Below, one piece after another: positions 9,211-18,057 of a DNA stretch of 45,342 nt. Under the pieces are notes generated by a model. That model did not search any database, was not told the DNA's origin, and saw only the letters and a list, made by a program, of their open reading frames with translations. The position numbers and the translations under genes are program-made. Each line of letters starts with the position of its first letter. Position 1 is the stretch's first letter. The DNA comes from a bacterium (lineage in GTDB: Bacteria; Zixibacteria; MSB-5A5; GN15; FEB-12): the NCBI GenBank assembly GCA_043811375.1, contig JBDRNJ010000087.1, positions 1-45,342 of the forward strand, in the 5' to 3' direction.

Positions 9211-9318
9211 GGTGTGGCTGCGATCTCTGATCGCGACGGGTGGCACCCTCAAACTCGTTTGGGGGTGGTTGCTGCATTTACCTTAAGACATCCCCAAACA
9301 AGTTTGGGAATGCCACCC
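9211..9318. repeat. REP-like 24-mer plus inverted pair of 30-nt palindromic units
   Basis: GGTGTGGCTGCGATCTCTGATCGC (9211-9234, 23/24 identical to 14596-14619); GGGTGGCACCCTCAAACTCGTTTGGGGGTG (9238-9267) with inverted partner CATCCCCAAACAAGTTTGGGAATGCCACCC (9289-9318). Confidence 0.75.
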
Positions 9319-9337
9319 ACATGGCCGTGTCGCAGGT

Positions 9338-10504
9338 CTACCTCACCCCTGCCAGCGCCTTCTCGACCAGGGCCAGTGCCTTGTTGATGTTGTCGGTTGA
9401 GTTGGCATACGAAAAGCGCAGGTAGCCCTCGCCATATTCACCAAACGCTGTCCCGGCCAGGCAGGCGACACCATATTTGTTGAGAATCAGATCAGCCAGT
9501 TCGCCGCACTTCCTGCCGGTCTTGGTGATGTTGGCAAATGCATAAAAAGCACCCAGCGGCGTCAGGCAGCTCACCCGGTCGATCTTGTTAAGACCGGCTA
9601 CGATAACGTCGCGGCGTTCCTTGAACTTGGCCACCATTTTGTCGACGTCGTTCTGCGGGCCGGTCAACGCCTCGATCAAAGCGTACTGGATGAAAGTATT
9701 GTTGCAGGAGAAGACATTTATAGCCAGCTTGGCCAGATGTTCGGCCAGCGGTTTGGGCACCGCCGCGTAGCCCAGCCTCCAGCCGGTCATGGCGTATGTT
9801 TTGGACATGCCGTCCATCAGGATGGTACGATCCAACGCACCCGGAATGGAGGCGATTGAAGCGAACTCAGTGTCATAAATGATGCGCGAGTAGATTTCAT
9901 CAGCCATGATCCACAGGTCGTGCTCCTCGGCCAGGGCGTAGACCGCCTCCAAATTCTCCGGGGTCAGCACGCCTCCGGTCGGGTTCTGGGGTGAGTTGAT
10001 CACCACCATGCGGGTCTTCGGTGTCACCAGCGCTTTCAGTTCATCCACGACAAACCGGAAGTTGTTTTCCTCGCGCAGATGCATCGACACCGGCTTGGCA
10101 CCGATAAAACTAACCACCGACTCATAGGCCGGATAACCGGGATTGGGTACAATCACTTCGTCGCCGGGATTGACAATTGATAAGATGGCATTAAACACCA
10201 GCGGTTTGACACCGGGCATAATGACTACGTTCTCGGGAGCGATTTTAGTGCCGCGAGTCTTCGATAAGTACTCAGCCACCACCGCCCTGGCCTCCGGCAC
10301 ACCGGCCGACGGACTGTAATGGGTGTGACCGTCACGGATCGCTTTGATAGCAGCTTCGCCGATGTTGGCCGGGGTGTCAAAATCCGGCTCGCCGATTTCC
10401 ATGTGGATGATCTGTTTGCCCTGGGCTTCGAGTTGCTTGCATCGGGCCAGCACTTCGAAGGCACCCTCGGTGCCCAGCAACGACATTCTATCACTATACT
10501 GCAT
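9338..10504 (-). CDS. PLP-dependent class I/II (aspartate-type) aminotransferase
   Basis: IGEPDFDTP, NSPQNPTG, DEIY, SKTYAMTGWRLGY, YLRFSYA. Confidence 0.92.
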   Translation of the reverse strand: MQYSDRMSLLGTEGAFEVLARCKQLEAQGKQIIHMEIGEPDFDTPANIGEAAIKAIRDGHTHYSPSAGVPEARAVVAEYLSKTRGTKIAPENVVIMPGVKPLVFNAILSIVNPGDEVIVPNPGYPAYESVVSFIGAKPVSMHLREENNFRFVVDELKALVTPKTRMVVINSPQNPTGGVLTPENLEAVYALAEEHDLWIMADEIYSRIIYDTEFASIASIPGALDRTILMDGMSKTYAMTGWRLGYAAVPKPLAEHLAKLAINVFSCNNTFIQYALIEALTGPQNDVDKMVAKFKERRDVIVAGLNKIDRVSCLTPLGAFYAFANITKTGRKCGELADLILNKYGVACLAGTAFGEYGEGYLRFSYANSTDNINKALALVEKALAGVR

Positions 10505-10521
10505 GAGTTATACCTCGGTAT

Positions 10522-12534
10522 CTATAGCTTGAGCAGCTCCTTGGCCTTTTGTGCGATATGTTCAGCGGCGACACCGAATTCCTTGATCAACTGCCACGGT
10601 TTGCCGGACTCACCAAAACGATCGGCAACTCCGATCATGCCAAAGGGCGGGGTCTTGCCGGCCAGGCTCGGCTCGTTACAGATGACGGCCGCTACCAGGT
10701 TGCCCAGACCACCCACCTGGTGTTCTTCGGCGGTGATTACGGCTTTGGTCTCTCTGGCTGCCCGGATGATGGCGTCTTTGTCGATCGGTTTGACCGTGTG
10801 CATATTAACCACTCTGGTCTCGATATTGAAATCGGTCTTGAGTATGTAAGCCGCTCGCAATGCTTCCGCCGTCTCCGGTCCGCAGGAGATAATTGTCAGG
10901 TCTTCTTTTTCGTTGGCATAATCCGATGACAAACAGATTTCAAAGGCATCAATCATGTTGTCCGACTCTTGCCGCATACGGTGGATATTAGCCACTCCGA
11001 ACTTCATGGGAGTATCCCAGGTGGTAACAATCGGTGTGGCCTCGCGGGCGAAGCGGATATATTTGGGTCCCTTGATATCAAACAGGAGCATTTTGGTGAT
11101 TCTCTCCGTTTCGATGGAGTCGCAGGGCACGGCCACATGCATGTTCGGCAGGCCGGTGATCTGAAACAGCGCTTCCAGTTCCTGGTGCGTGGCTCCGTCC
11201 GGTCCGACCGAGATACCACCGTGGGCGCCGACTACCAGGACATTGAAATTGCCATAGCAGACGGAAACTCGCAACTGGTCAAGGTTACGTGCCGATGAAA
11301 AGACACCGTAAGTTCCAAAGACCGGAATCTTGCCCTCTTTGGCCAGCCCGACTGCAATGGTAGTAGCATTTTGTTCGGCCACGCCGGCGGATATGAAGCG
11401 CTGTCGGCGCTCGGGATGTTTCTTATAGAACTCCGATATTGTAATTGAGTCGGAGATGTCGGCCCCGATACAGACCACCCGTTCGTCATCGCCGTATTTG
11501 TCCAGAGCGCGACCCATACCCTTGCGGGTCGGGTCCATCTCGACCTTCATCTTGTCGGAACCGTTCCACCAGAAGTCGCGGGAGAATTTCGGCATGTTCT
11601 GAGCCAGTCGTGACTCCACCTGCTTTTGATACTCCTGTCCCAGAGCGATCAGAGCATCGGCGTCAAAAGTCTCCGTCAGTTTCAGTTCCTCAAGGCCCTG
11701 GTCGAGTTCCTTCCGGTTGGGCGGTTTGCCGTGCCAGCCGACCACGTCTTCCATGAATGAGACGCCTTTCCCCTTGGTGGTGTGGCAGATCAGAGCCACC
11801 GGCTTACCGGTGTCGTTATGGTTGCGGGCGAAGTCGAGCTTGCTGACAATCTCTTCCATATTGTGCCCGTCAACTTCCTCGACGTGCCACTTGAAGGCGC
11901 GGTATTTGTCGACTATGGGGTCGATGTCCATGATATCTTCGGTGGTGCCGTCGATCTGCAGGCGGTTCTTGTCGAGGATAAGTACCAGGTTGTCCAGTCC
12001 GTAGTTGGCGGCCGCCATGGCAGCTTCCCAGATCGAGCCTTCCTGATGTTCGCCGTCTGAGGTAATAGTGAAAATACGATGATCTTTGCCGTCAAGTTTG
12101 GCCGCCAGAGCCACGCCGACTGCCACCGAGAAACCCTGCCCCAGCGAACCGGAGGATATCTCCACTCCCGGCAGTTCCAGCCGATGCGGGTGTCCCTGAA
12201 AAGGGGAGCCCAGCATGCGCAGTTTCATCAACTCCTCTTCCGGGAAATATCCCGACATCGCCAGCGAAACATACAGGGCGGGAGCCTTGTGACCGGCCGA
12301 CCAGATGATGCGATCACGATCTACCCAGAGAGGTTCGTCCGGGTTATGCCGGGCCACTTTGAGATAAAGGGCGGCGCAGACATCCATAATTCCGAGAGTC
12401 CCGCCGGAATGACCGGAAGCGGCCGAACAGAGCGAGACCAGGTCAAGGCCGCGCATATAGTTGGCTCTTTCTATCAGTTCCGTGATGGAATAATCGCCGA
12501 GTTTGGTCTTCTTTTCTGCTACAGTAACCGGCAT
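10522..12534 (-). CDS. tkt: Transketolase, single-chain fusion of split-type N- and C-terminal subunits
   Basis: SGHSGG, SAGHKAP, QGHP, GSLGQG, SDGEHQEG...N ThDP motif; C-half AEQN, HGGISVGPDGATHQ, YIRFAR, TAEEH. Confidence 0.88.
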   Translation of the reverse strand: MPVTVAEKKTKLGDYSITELIERANYMRGLDLVSLCSAASGHSGGTLGIMDVCAALYLKVARHNPDEPLWVDRDRIIWSAGHKAPALYVSLAMSGYFPEEELMKLRMLGSPFQGHPHRLELPGVEISSGSLGQGFSVAVGVALAAKLDGKDHRIFTITSDGEHQEGSIWEAAMAAANYGLDNLVLILDKNRLQIDGTTEDIMDIDPIVDKYRAFKWHVEEVDGHNMEEIVSKLDFARNHNDTGKPVALICHTTKGKGVSFMEDVVGWHGKPPNRKELDQGLEELKLTETFDADALIALGQEYQKQVESRLAQNMPKFSRDFWWNGSDKMKVEMDPTRKGMGRALDKYGDDERVVCIGADISDSITISEFYKKHPERRQRFISAGVAEQNATTIAVGLAKEGKIPVFGTYGVFSSARNLDQLRVSVCYGNFNVLVVGAHGGISVGPDGATHQELEALFQITGLPNMHVAVPCDSIETERITKMLLFDIKGPKYIRFAREATPIVTTWDTPMKFGVANIHRMRQESDNMIDAFEICLSSDYANEKEDLTIISCGPETAEALRAAYILKTDFNIETRVVNMHTVKPIDKDAIIRAARETKAVITAEEHQVGGLGNLVAAVICNEPSLAGKTPPFGMIGVADRFGESGKPWQLIKEFGVAAEHIAQKAKELLKL

Positions 12535-12605
12535 ATCGATCTGTCTCCTATACCTACAGCGTGGTTGTCAATTGCCTGCAAATTAAGTCACCTGAATGTG
12601 GTGTG

Positions 12606-13199
12606 TCAATGTTTCATGTGGAGAATCTTGCGGTAGAAATGCCGCAGCCGGGGCTCCAGCTTCTCCGGTGTAGTATTATTGAGAATGACCCGGTCGGCCC
12701 GTTTCTGATATTCACGGAAAGGCAGTTGCGACCGCATCCGGGCCAGCGCATCCAACCGAGTCAGGCCGCGCTCCAGCAGTCGACCTAAGCGAGTCTCACG
12801 GGAGGCATGAATTACAAGTACCCAATCGACTTCGCGGTCAAGTTCCCAGTCCAGCAACAGGGCGGCGTCGATTACCACCACGTCATAGCGACTGGCTTTC
12901 TGCCGCATTTGCCGCCGTAATTCTTTGAGGAGATATGGGTGCACGATATGATCCAGTTGCCGCTTGGCGGCTTCATCGGCAAAGGCCAAACGAGCCAGCC
13001 GGTGCCGACTGAGCCGACCAGAGGGTGTCAGGATTTCCGGGCCGAACTGCCGAACCAGCCGCTTGAGCAGTGTGGGTGAACGGTCGACCACCTGCCGGCC
13101 GATGCGGTCGGCATCGATAACAGCCGCCCCAAAGGAAGCGATGATTTTGGTTGCCGTCGTCTTGCCGGAGCCGATCTGACCGGTGATACCGATGTACAT
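12606..13199 (-). CDS. coaE: Dephospho-CoA kinase
   Basis: IGITGQIGSGKTT, IDADRIG, IVHP, DAALL. Confidence 0.95.
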   Translation of the reverse strand: MYIGITGQIGSGKTTATKIIASFGAAVIDADRIGRQVVDRSPTLLKRLVRQFGPEILTPSGRLSRHRLARLAFADEAAKRQLDHIVHPYLLKELRRQMRQKASRYDVVVIDAALLLDWELDREVDWVLVIHASRETRLGRLLERGLTRLDALARMRSQLPFREYQKRADRVILNNTTPEKLEPRLRHFYRKILHMKH

Positions 13200-13274
13200 A
13201 GTCGGAAATTAAGATAATGGGGCCGGAAGTAGCAAGGAGTTTGAGTAAAGCCCATATTGCATGCGATTGAACAA

Positions 13275-13500
13275 GGTAGGTCTGTTCCAGACCTTCCCTA
13301 CAAGACTCGTCTTTCACAGCGCCGTCAGGAATCCTTTCCTGACGGCAGAATAAGCCTACTTAAAGCTTGATATTCCTTTCTTTCTCGCACAACATTTATT
13401 TGTGTATAACACATCAAAACCGTCATTGCGAGGAGCGAAGCGACGTGGCAATCTCTTTTCGAAGTGTTGGAGTAAACCGCTATCACAGACCGCGGCTACA
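13275..13500. repeat. Cluster of palindromic repeats upstream of the HEPN gene
   Basis: Minus-strand GTAG-GGAAGGTCTG-GAA-CAGACCTACC (13275-13301); GCCGTCAGGAA-TCCT-TTCCTGACGGC (13321-13346); GTCATTGCGAGGAGCGAAGCGACGTGGCAATCTC (13422-13455); minus-strand TGTAGCCGCGGTCTGTGATAGCGG (13477-13500). Confidence 0.7.
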
Positions 13501-13556
13501 CAGACATGATCATGCGAGTGTAGCCCGTTCGGAGATTCCTTGAGAGAAGCTCTTCA

Positions 13557-14564
13557 ATGAAATTCAAGTATACCCTTGCGTTTGCTATTCACGGGCTGAC
13601 AAGCAATTCGCTTGGAGAATTTGTCAATCCAATTGTCACTGATAGGCCCGATGTCAGCGTAGTATTGGTGAAAGACGCTGATGTGCTCCTGTCCATCATT
13701 GACCGCGGCCGTGCCTTTGCATCCCTTATGCTGAGAAGTTTCTTTGGCGATCCTACGGAAGGAGACCGAACTGAACTCCTAAGAGAGGAGGTCGTCAAGA
13801 TCCGCAGCAGAAGGAAAAAGCGAGCTAAGGGCGCAGCTACTCTCGTCATCGACATTACCGGGGAGACAGAAGTTGATCTCTCAGGTGTGCAAAGAGAGAT
13901 GGATGACTTTGTTGTGATCTTTGATGCTGTTGACAAGGAGTCTCTAAGATCCCAGCATGCACGACTTGTCTCGTCCATTGTCGCTTCGCTAGCTCTCTCC
14001 ATACCAAGGATCGAACCCATAGAGAAGTTGCGCGATGGTATCTACCTGCTGGATTCTAACGGGAAGGTTTACCTTTCGTTGACACTTTCAACTGGTACTC
14101 CGTCAGTTAGAGTCTCTAGCCCTCTTACACCCGAGATGCTCGCGGCTGCTCGATTCTATAGAGAGGGCTTGCTCAAGAGACAAAATATAGCCACTGTTGT
14201 CCGCTTTTTTAATCAGTCAATCGACAAAAGCTCTGACACGCTAAGGTCTTTTCTTTTTGCCTGGACAGGCTTAGAGATACTGATAAACAAAACCTTTTCC
14301 TTACATGCGCTGGATTCCTACCACGACTGTGTCTCCGACGTTACGAGTGACAAGTTCAGTCTGTTAGATAAGTTCAATATTGTTAGTCATTTCTTGGGCC
14401 AGTCCTCGTCACAAGCAGATTCGAAGCAGTTCCAAGAAATTAAGAAAACACGCGACCGATTTCTTCATGGCGATGATATCCCCGAATCTGATCTCCCCGT
14501 TCATGGAACACAGAATCTTCTGCAGAGGTACTTAATCAAGTATCTTCGATTGCGCAATGACTAG
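13557..14564 (+). CDS. Hypothetical protein with probable C-terminal HEPN domain (ApeA-like)
   Basis: 335 aa; SFLFAWTGLEIL helix and RDRFLH (R-x4-H, 14451-14468) near the C-terminus; visibly more AT-rich than the flanks; opposite strand to neighbours. Confidence 0.65.
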   Translation: MKFKYTLAFAIHGLTSNSLGEFVNPIVTDRPDVSVVLVKDADVLLSIIDRGRAFASLMLRSFFGDPTEGDRTELLREEVVKIRSRRKKRAKGAATLVIDITGETEVDLSGVQREMDDFVVIFDAVDKESLRSQHARLVSSIVASLALSIPRIEPIEKLRDGIYLLDSNGKVYLSLTLSTGTPSVRVSSPLTPEMLAAARFYREGLLKRQNIATVVRFFNQSIDKSSDTLRSFLFAWTGLEILINKTFSLHALDSYHDCVSDVTSDKFSLLDKFNIVSHFLGQSSSQADSKQFQEIKKTRDRFLHGDDIPESDLPVHGTQNLLQRYLIKYLRLRND

Positions 14565-14595
14565 GGGGTGCACCATCAATACGGCAATAGCGGCA

Positions 14596-14715
14596 GGTGT
14601 GGCCGCGATCTCTGATCGCCGTCCGCCTTTGGCGGACCATTGCCGGTTCAGTAGAGTAGGTCGAAACCCCTGCGGTTTTGACGATATCGTCAAAAGCACA
14701 GGGCATTTGACCTAC
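14596..14715. repeat. REP-like cluster downstream of the HEPN gene
   Basis: GGTGTGGCCGCGATCTCTGATCGC (14596-14619); GTCCGCC-TTT-GGCGGAC (14621-14637); inverted pair GTAGGTCGAAACCCCTGCGGTTTTGACGA...TCGTCAAAAGCACAGGGCATTTGACCTAC (14656-14715). Confidence 0.75.
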
Positions 14716-14725
14716 AATTAGAAGA

Positions 14726-17449
14726 TTACTTCGCATCCAACCAGTTCTCCCCTACGCCGAGATCGACCACCACCGGGACCTTCAGCTTGACAGCCTTTTC
14801 CATAGCCACCCTGACAATCTTCCGTACTTTCTCAAGCTCCGACTTGTGAGTATCGAACACCAACTCATCGTGAACCTGGAGCACCATCTTCGAGCGCAGT
14901 CGGGACAACTTCTGCTGGATATCGATCATGGCCACTTTGATCATGTCGGCGGCCGTGCCCTGGATGGGTGTGTTGATAGCCATCCGTTCGGCGAACTGAC
15001 GCACGTTATGATTCTTGTCGTTGATTTCCGGGATGTAGCGCCGGCGATTGAACAGCGTCGTGACATAACCGTTGTCGCGAGCAAGTTGTTTCGTTGATTC
15101 CATGTATGTCCTGATGGCCGGATACCGCTCGAAGTAGGTGTCGATAAACTGGCGGGCTTCATCGAGGTCGAGGGCTGACTGCTGCGACAGCCCGTAAGCG
15201 GTGACGCCGTAGATGACGGCGAAATTGGCTGTCTTGGCGGCCCGCCGCATTTCCGGGGTCACTTCATCCGGTTTGACGTCGTACACTTCGGAAGCCGTGC
15301 GGGTGTGGATATCCTCCCCCTTGCGGAAAGCATCGATCAAACCGGGGTCCTCCGAATAGTGGGCCAGGATGCGCAGTTCGATCTGCGAGTAGTCGGCTAC
15401 CAACAAGACATGATCGTCATCACGCGGAATAAAAGCCTTGCGTATCTGGCGGCCTTCCTCGGTGCGCACCGGAATGTTTTGCAGATTGGGATCGGTTGAT
15501 GATAACCGACCGGTGGCGGTGACCGCCTGGTTAAACGATGTGTGCACGCGTCCGGTTTCGGGGTTGATAAGTTTCGGGATGGCGTCGATGTAGGTACTTT
15601 TCAGTTTCGTCAGTTGTCGATAATCGAGAATTAGTTGCGGGAAAGGATGCAGCCGGGCCAGTTCTTCCAGAACACGGACATCAGTTGAGAAAGCTGTCTT
15701 CTTGGACGTTTTGCCCCTGGTAGGCAGATTGAGTTTCTCGAAGAGAATGTGAGCCAGTTGCTGCGTGGAGTTGATGTTGAATTCGCCGCCGGCAACCTGG
15801 TACACTTCCTCCCTGAGGGTCTCCAGCTTGCCGGTCATAGTCTCGGAAAGTCCGGCCAGGTACTGGGCATCGACACGGATACCAGCCTCCTCCATCGCCG
15901 CCAGAACCTTTATTAATGGTAATTCTATATGGTAGTACAAATCGTGCAAGCCCTGGTGATGAATCAGCGGCGCCAGCGTTCCCCGGAGGCGAAAGGTGAA
16001 ATCGGCATCCTCGGCGGCGTAGGCAGTCGCTTTGTCCACGGGGACCGTGTCAAACGTCGTCTGATTGCGGCCGGTGCCGATCAAATCCTTAATCGGTTGC
16101 ATCCGGTGATCAAAATGTTTCAGAGCCAGGAAATCCAGGGAATGCTGTCGCTGCGATGGATTCAGCACGTAGGAGGCCAGCATCGTATCGAACCCAACCG
16201 GCTCAATCTCGATGTTGTAATGATGCAGCACTTCTATGTCATACTTGATGTTCTGCCCGATCTTCTGAACTGTACGGTTTTCCAGAAAACCTTTCAGTTC
16301 CCGCATAGCCTCATCAAAGGGCAGGTTGACCTCCCCCTCACCGGTATGTCCCAGCGGGACGTAGTAGCCGGTAGAGGCGGCATCACTCAGGGAGACTCCG
16401 ACCAGCCTGGCCCTCAGCGGGTCCAGGGAGGTTGTCTCAGTATCTACCGCTACTTCTTTCTTTGAGGAAAGCTTCCGTAGCAACTTTTTCAACTCCGCGA
16501 GAGAAGAGATAGTTGTGTAATCATTCAGCTTTTCGTGCAAATGTAATTCTGGCAGTGACTGGACTTCTTTGGCGGGAAGTATTTGCTTTAAGAGGTTATT
16601 GAATTCCATTTCCAGAAAGAATTGCCGGGTAGCTTCGTAGTTGATCGGACGGCGCTTGAGATCAGCGAACGTGAACTCAATAGGAACGTTGGTGCGAATA
16701 GTAACCAGATCCCGAGACAGCTTCGCCGACTCGGCACCGGCGCGAATCTTTTCCCGAATCCCTTTGGCCTCAATCTGTTCCAGGTTCGACAGCAGCTCAT
16801 CCAGCGAGCCGAACTGTTTCAGGAGCTTGTCAGCCGTTTTAGGGCCGACGCCGGGTACTCCGGGCACGTTGTCGGAACTGTCACCCATGAGAGCCAGTTT
16901 ATCGATAACCAGTTCGGGTCGTACCCCGAACTTGGCCAGGACTTCGTCAGCACCCAGCCGATCGGGATCGCCGGTCGACGGCTTGGGGTTGTAAATCCTT
17001 ATACTGTTATTCACTAACTGGAAAAAATCCTTGTCGCCGGTGACACACCATACGGCCAGACCCCGGGCTGCAGCCCGGCTGGCGATGGTACCGATAATAT
17101 CATCCGCCTCATACCCGATCAGTTCGTAATGCGGTATGTCCAGTGTCTCCACCGCCTGACGAATTCTTGGAAGCTGCTCCACGAGTTCATCGGGCATCCT
17201 GGCACGAGTCGACTTGTACTCCGGATATGCTTCATGCCGAAATGTGGGTTGCTTAGTGTCAAAAGCAATGGCCAGGTAGTCCGGATTCTCTTCGCGTATG
17301 ATTTTCAGCAGCGAGTTGATAAAGCCAAAAGTGGCGGATGTATTCTCACCGCGCGAGTTGATCAACGGATTGCGAATAAAAGCAAAGTAGGCCCGGTAGA
17401 ACATGGCCGAGCCGTCGACAAGAAACAGCGTTTCCCCGGAACCGCTCAT
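14726..17449 (-). CDS. polA: DNA polymerase I
   Basis: 5'-3' exo LVDGS/GYEADD/GDSSDN, 3'-5' exo DTETT, polymerase TGRLSS, DYSQIELR, QVHDEL; ATG 17449 overlaps the nadD stop (ATGA). Confidence 0.97.
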   Translation of the reverse strand: MSGSGETLFLVDGSAMFYRAYFAFIRNPLINSRGENTSATFGFINSLLKIIREENPDYLAIAFDTKQPTFRHEAYPEYKSTRARMPDELVEQLPRIRQAVETLDIPHYELIGYEADDIIGTIASRAAARGLAVWCVTGDKDFFQLVNNSIRIYNPKPSTGDPDRLGADEVLAKFGVRPELVIDKLALMGDSSDNVPGVPGVGPKTADKLLKQFGSLDELLSNLEQIEAKGIREKIRAGAESAKLSRDLVTIRTNVPIEFTFADLKRRPINYEATRQFFLEMEFNNLLKQILPAKEVQSLPELHLHEKLNDYTTISSLAELKKLLRKLSSKKEVAVDTETTSLDPLRARLVGVSLSDAASTGYYVPLGHTGEGEVNLPFDEAMRELKGFLENRTVQKIGQNIKYDIEVLHHYNIEIEPVGFDTMLASYVLNPSQRQHSLDFLALKHFDHRMQPIKDLIGTGRNQTTFDTVPVDKATAYAAEDADFTFRLRGTLAPLIHHQGLHDLYYHIELPLIKVLAAMEEAGIRVDAQYLAGLSETMTGKLETLREEVYQVAGGEFNINSTQQLAHILFEKLNLPTRGKTSKKTAFSTDVRVLEELARLHPFPQLILDYRQLTKLKSTYIDAIPKLINPETGRVHTSFNQAVTATGRLSSTDPNLQNIPVRTEEGRQIRKAFIPRDDDHVLLVADYSQIELRILAHYSEDPGLIDAFRKGEDIHTRTASEVYDVKPDEVTPEMRRAAKTANFAVIYGVTAYGLSQQSALDLDEARQFIDTYFERYPAIRTYMESTKQLARDNGYVTTLFNRRRYIPEINDKNHNVRQFAERMAINTPIQGTAADMIKVAMIDIQQKLSRLRSKMVLQVHDELVFDTHKSELEKVRKIVRVAMEKAVKLKVPVVVDLGVGENWLDAK

Positions 17450-18057
17450 CGGTATAACTTCTCTCGCCGTATGTATTCCCATACGGCGGCAGGCATCAGC
17501 AGGTCCAGTTGATCATCATTGTTGTCCTCAGCGATTCGGCGCCTGAGGTCCGTGGATGATATCTCGACGTGGCTGGTAGCCACCAGCTCAATCCTGTCGG
17601 GAGCCAGGCCGGTGGGCAGACGGGGTTCAATGCCGGGGCGTGATCCGGCCAGGATACGCACCTCCTTGAGAATCCGGTCCGGATGCCGCCAGCGATTCAG
17701 TTCAACCAGGTTGTCGGCCCCCACTATGAACGAAAACTGCGCCTTTGGGTACAGACGTTTCAGCGCCCTGATGGTGTCCAGGGTGTAGCCGCTGAGATTC
17801 TGCTCAGTTTCGATCAGGCTGATTCCGAGATTGTCACGATTCGCCAGCGCCAGTTTCAGCATGACCACTCGCTGCCTAAACGAGGCCCGACATTGATCCT
17901 GCTTTAAGGGATGCCTGACTGACGGCACCAGCAGCACTCCGGTAAGCTCTTTGAGTCGTATGATGTCGTCGGCAAGAGCGAGATGACCATTGTGAACGGG
18001 GTCGAACGTCCCTCCGAGGATTCCCCAGTGACCGCAGTGGTCAGGACTCGTTCTCAT
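17446..18057 (-). CDS. nadD: Nicotinate-nucleotide adenylyltransferase
   Basis: GILGGTFDPVHNGH, YTLDT, IVGADN, ISSTDLR; start taken at ATG 18057. Confidence 0.93.
   Translation of the reverse strand: MRTSPDHCGHWGILGGTFDPVHNGHLALADDIIRLKELTGVLLVPSVRHPLKQDQCRASFRQRVVMLKLALANRDNLGISLIETEQNLSGYTLDTIRALKRLYPKAQFSFIVGADNLVELNRWRHPDRILKEVRILAGSRPGIEPRLPTGLAPDRIELVATSHVEISSTDLRRRIAEDNNDDQLDLLMPAAVWEYIRREKLYR

Noticed and set aside
7790..9320. Integron attC cassette array
   Set aside because: The spacers lack properly placed RYYYAAC...GTTRRRY boxes and no integrase is present; the hairpins fit REP-like elements better
9211..14715. CRISPR array from recurring 24-30 nt palindromes
   Set aside because: Copies are dispersed or inverted, not tandem direct repeats with unique spacers; no cas genes
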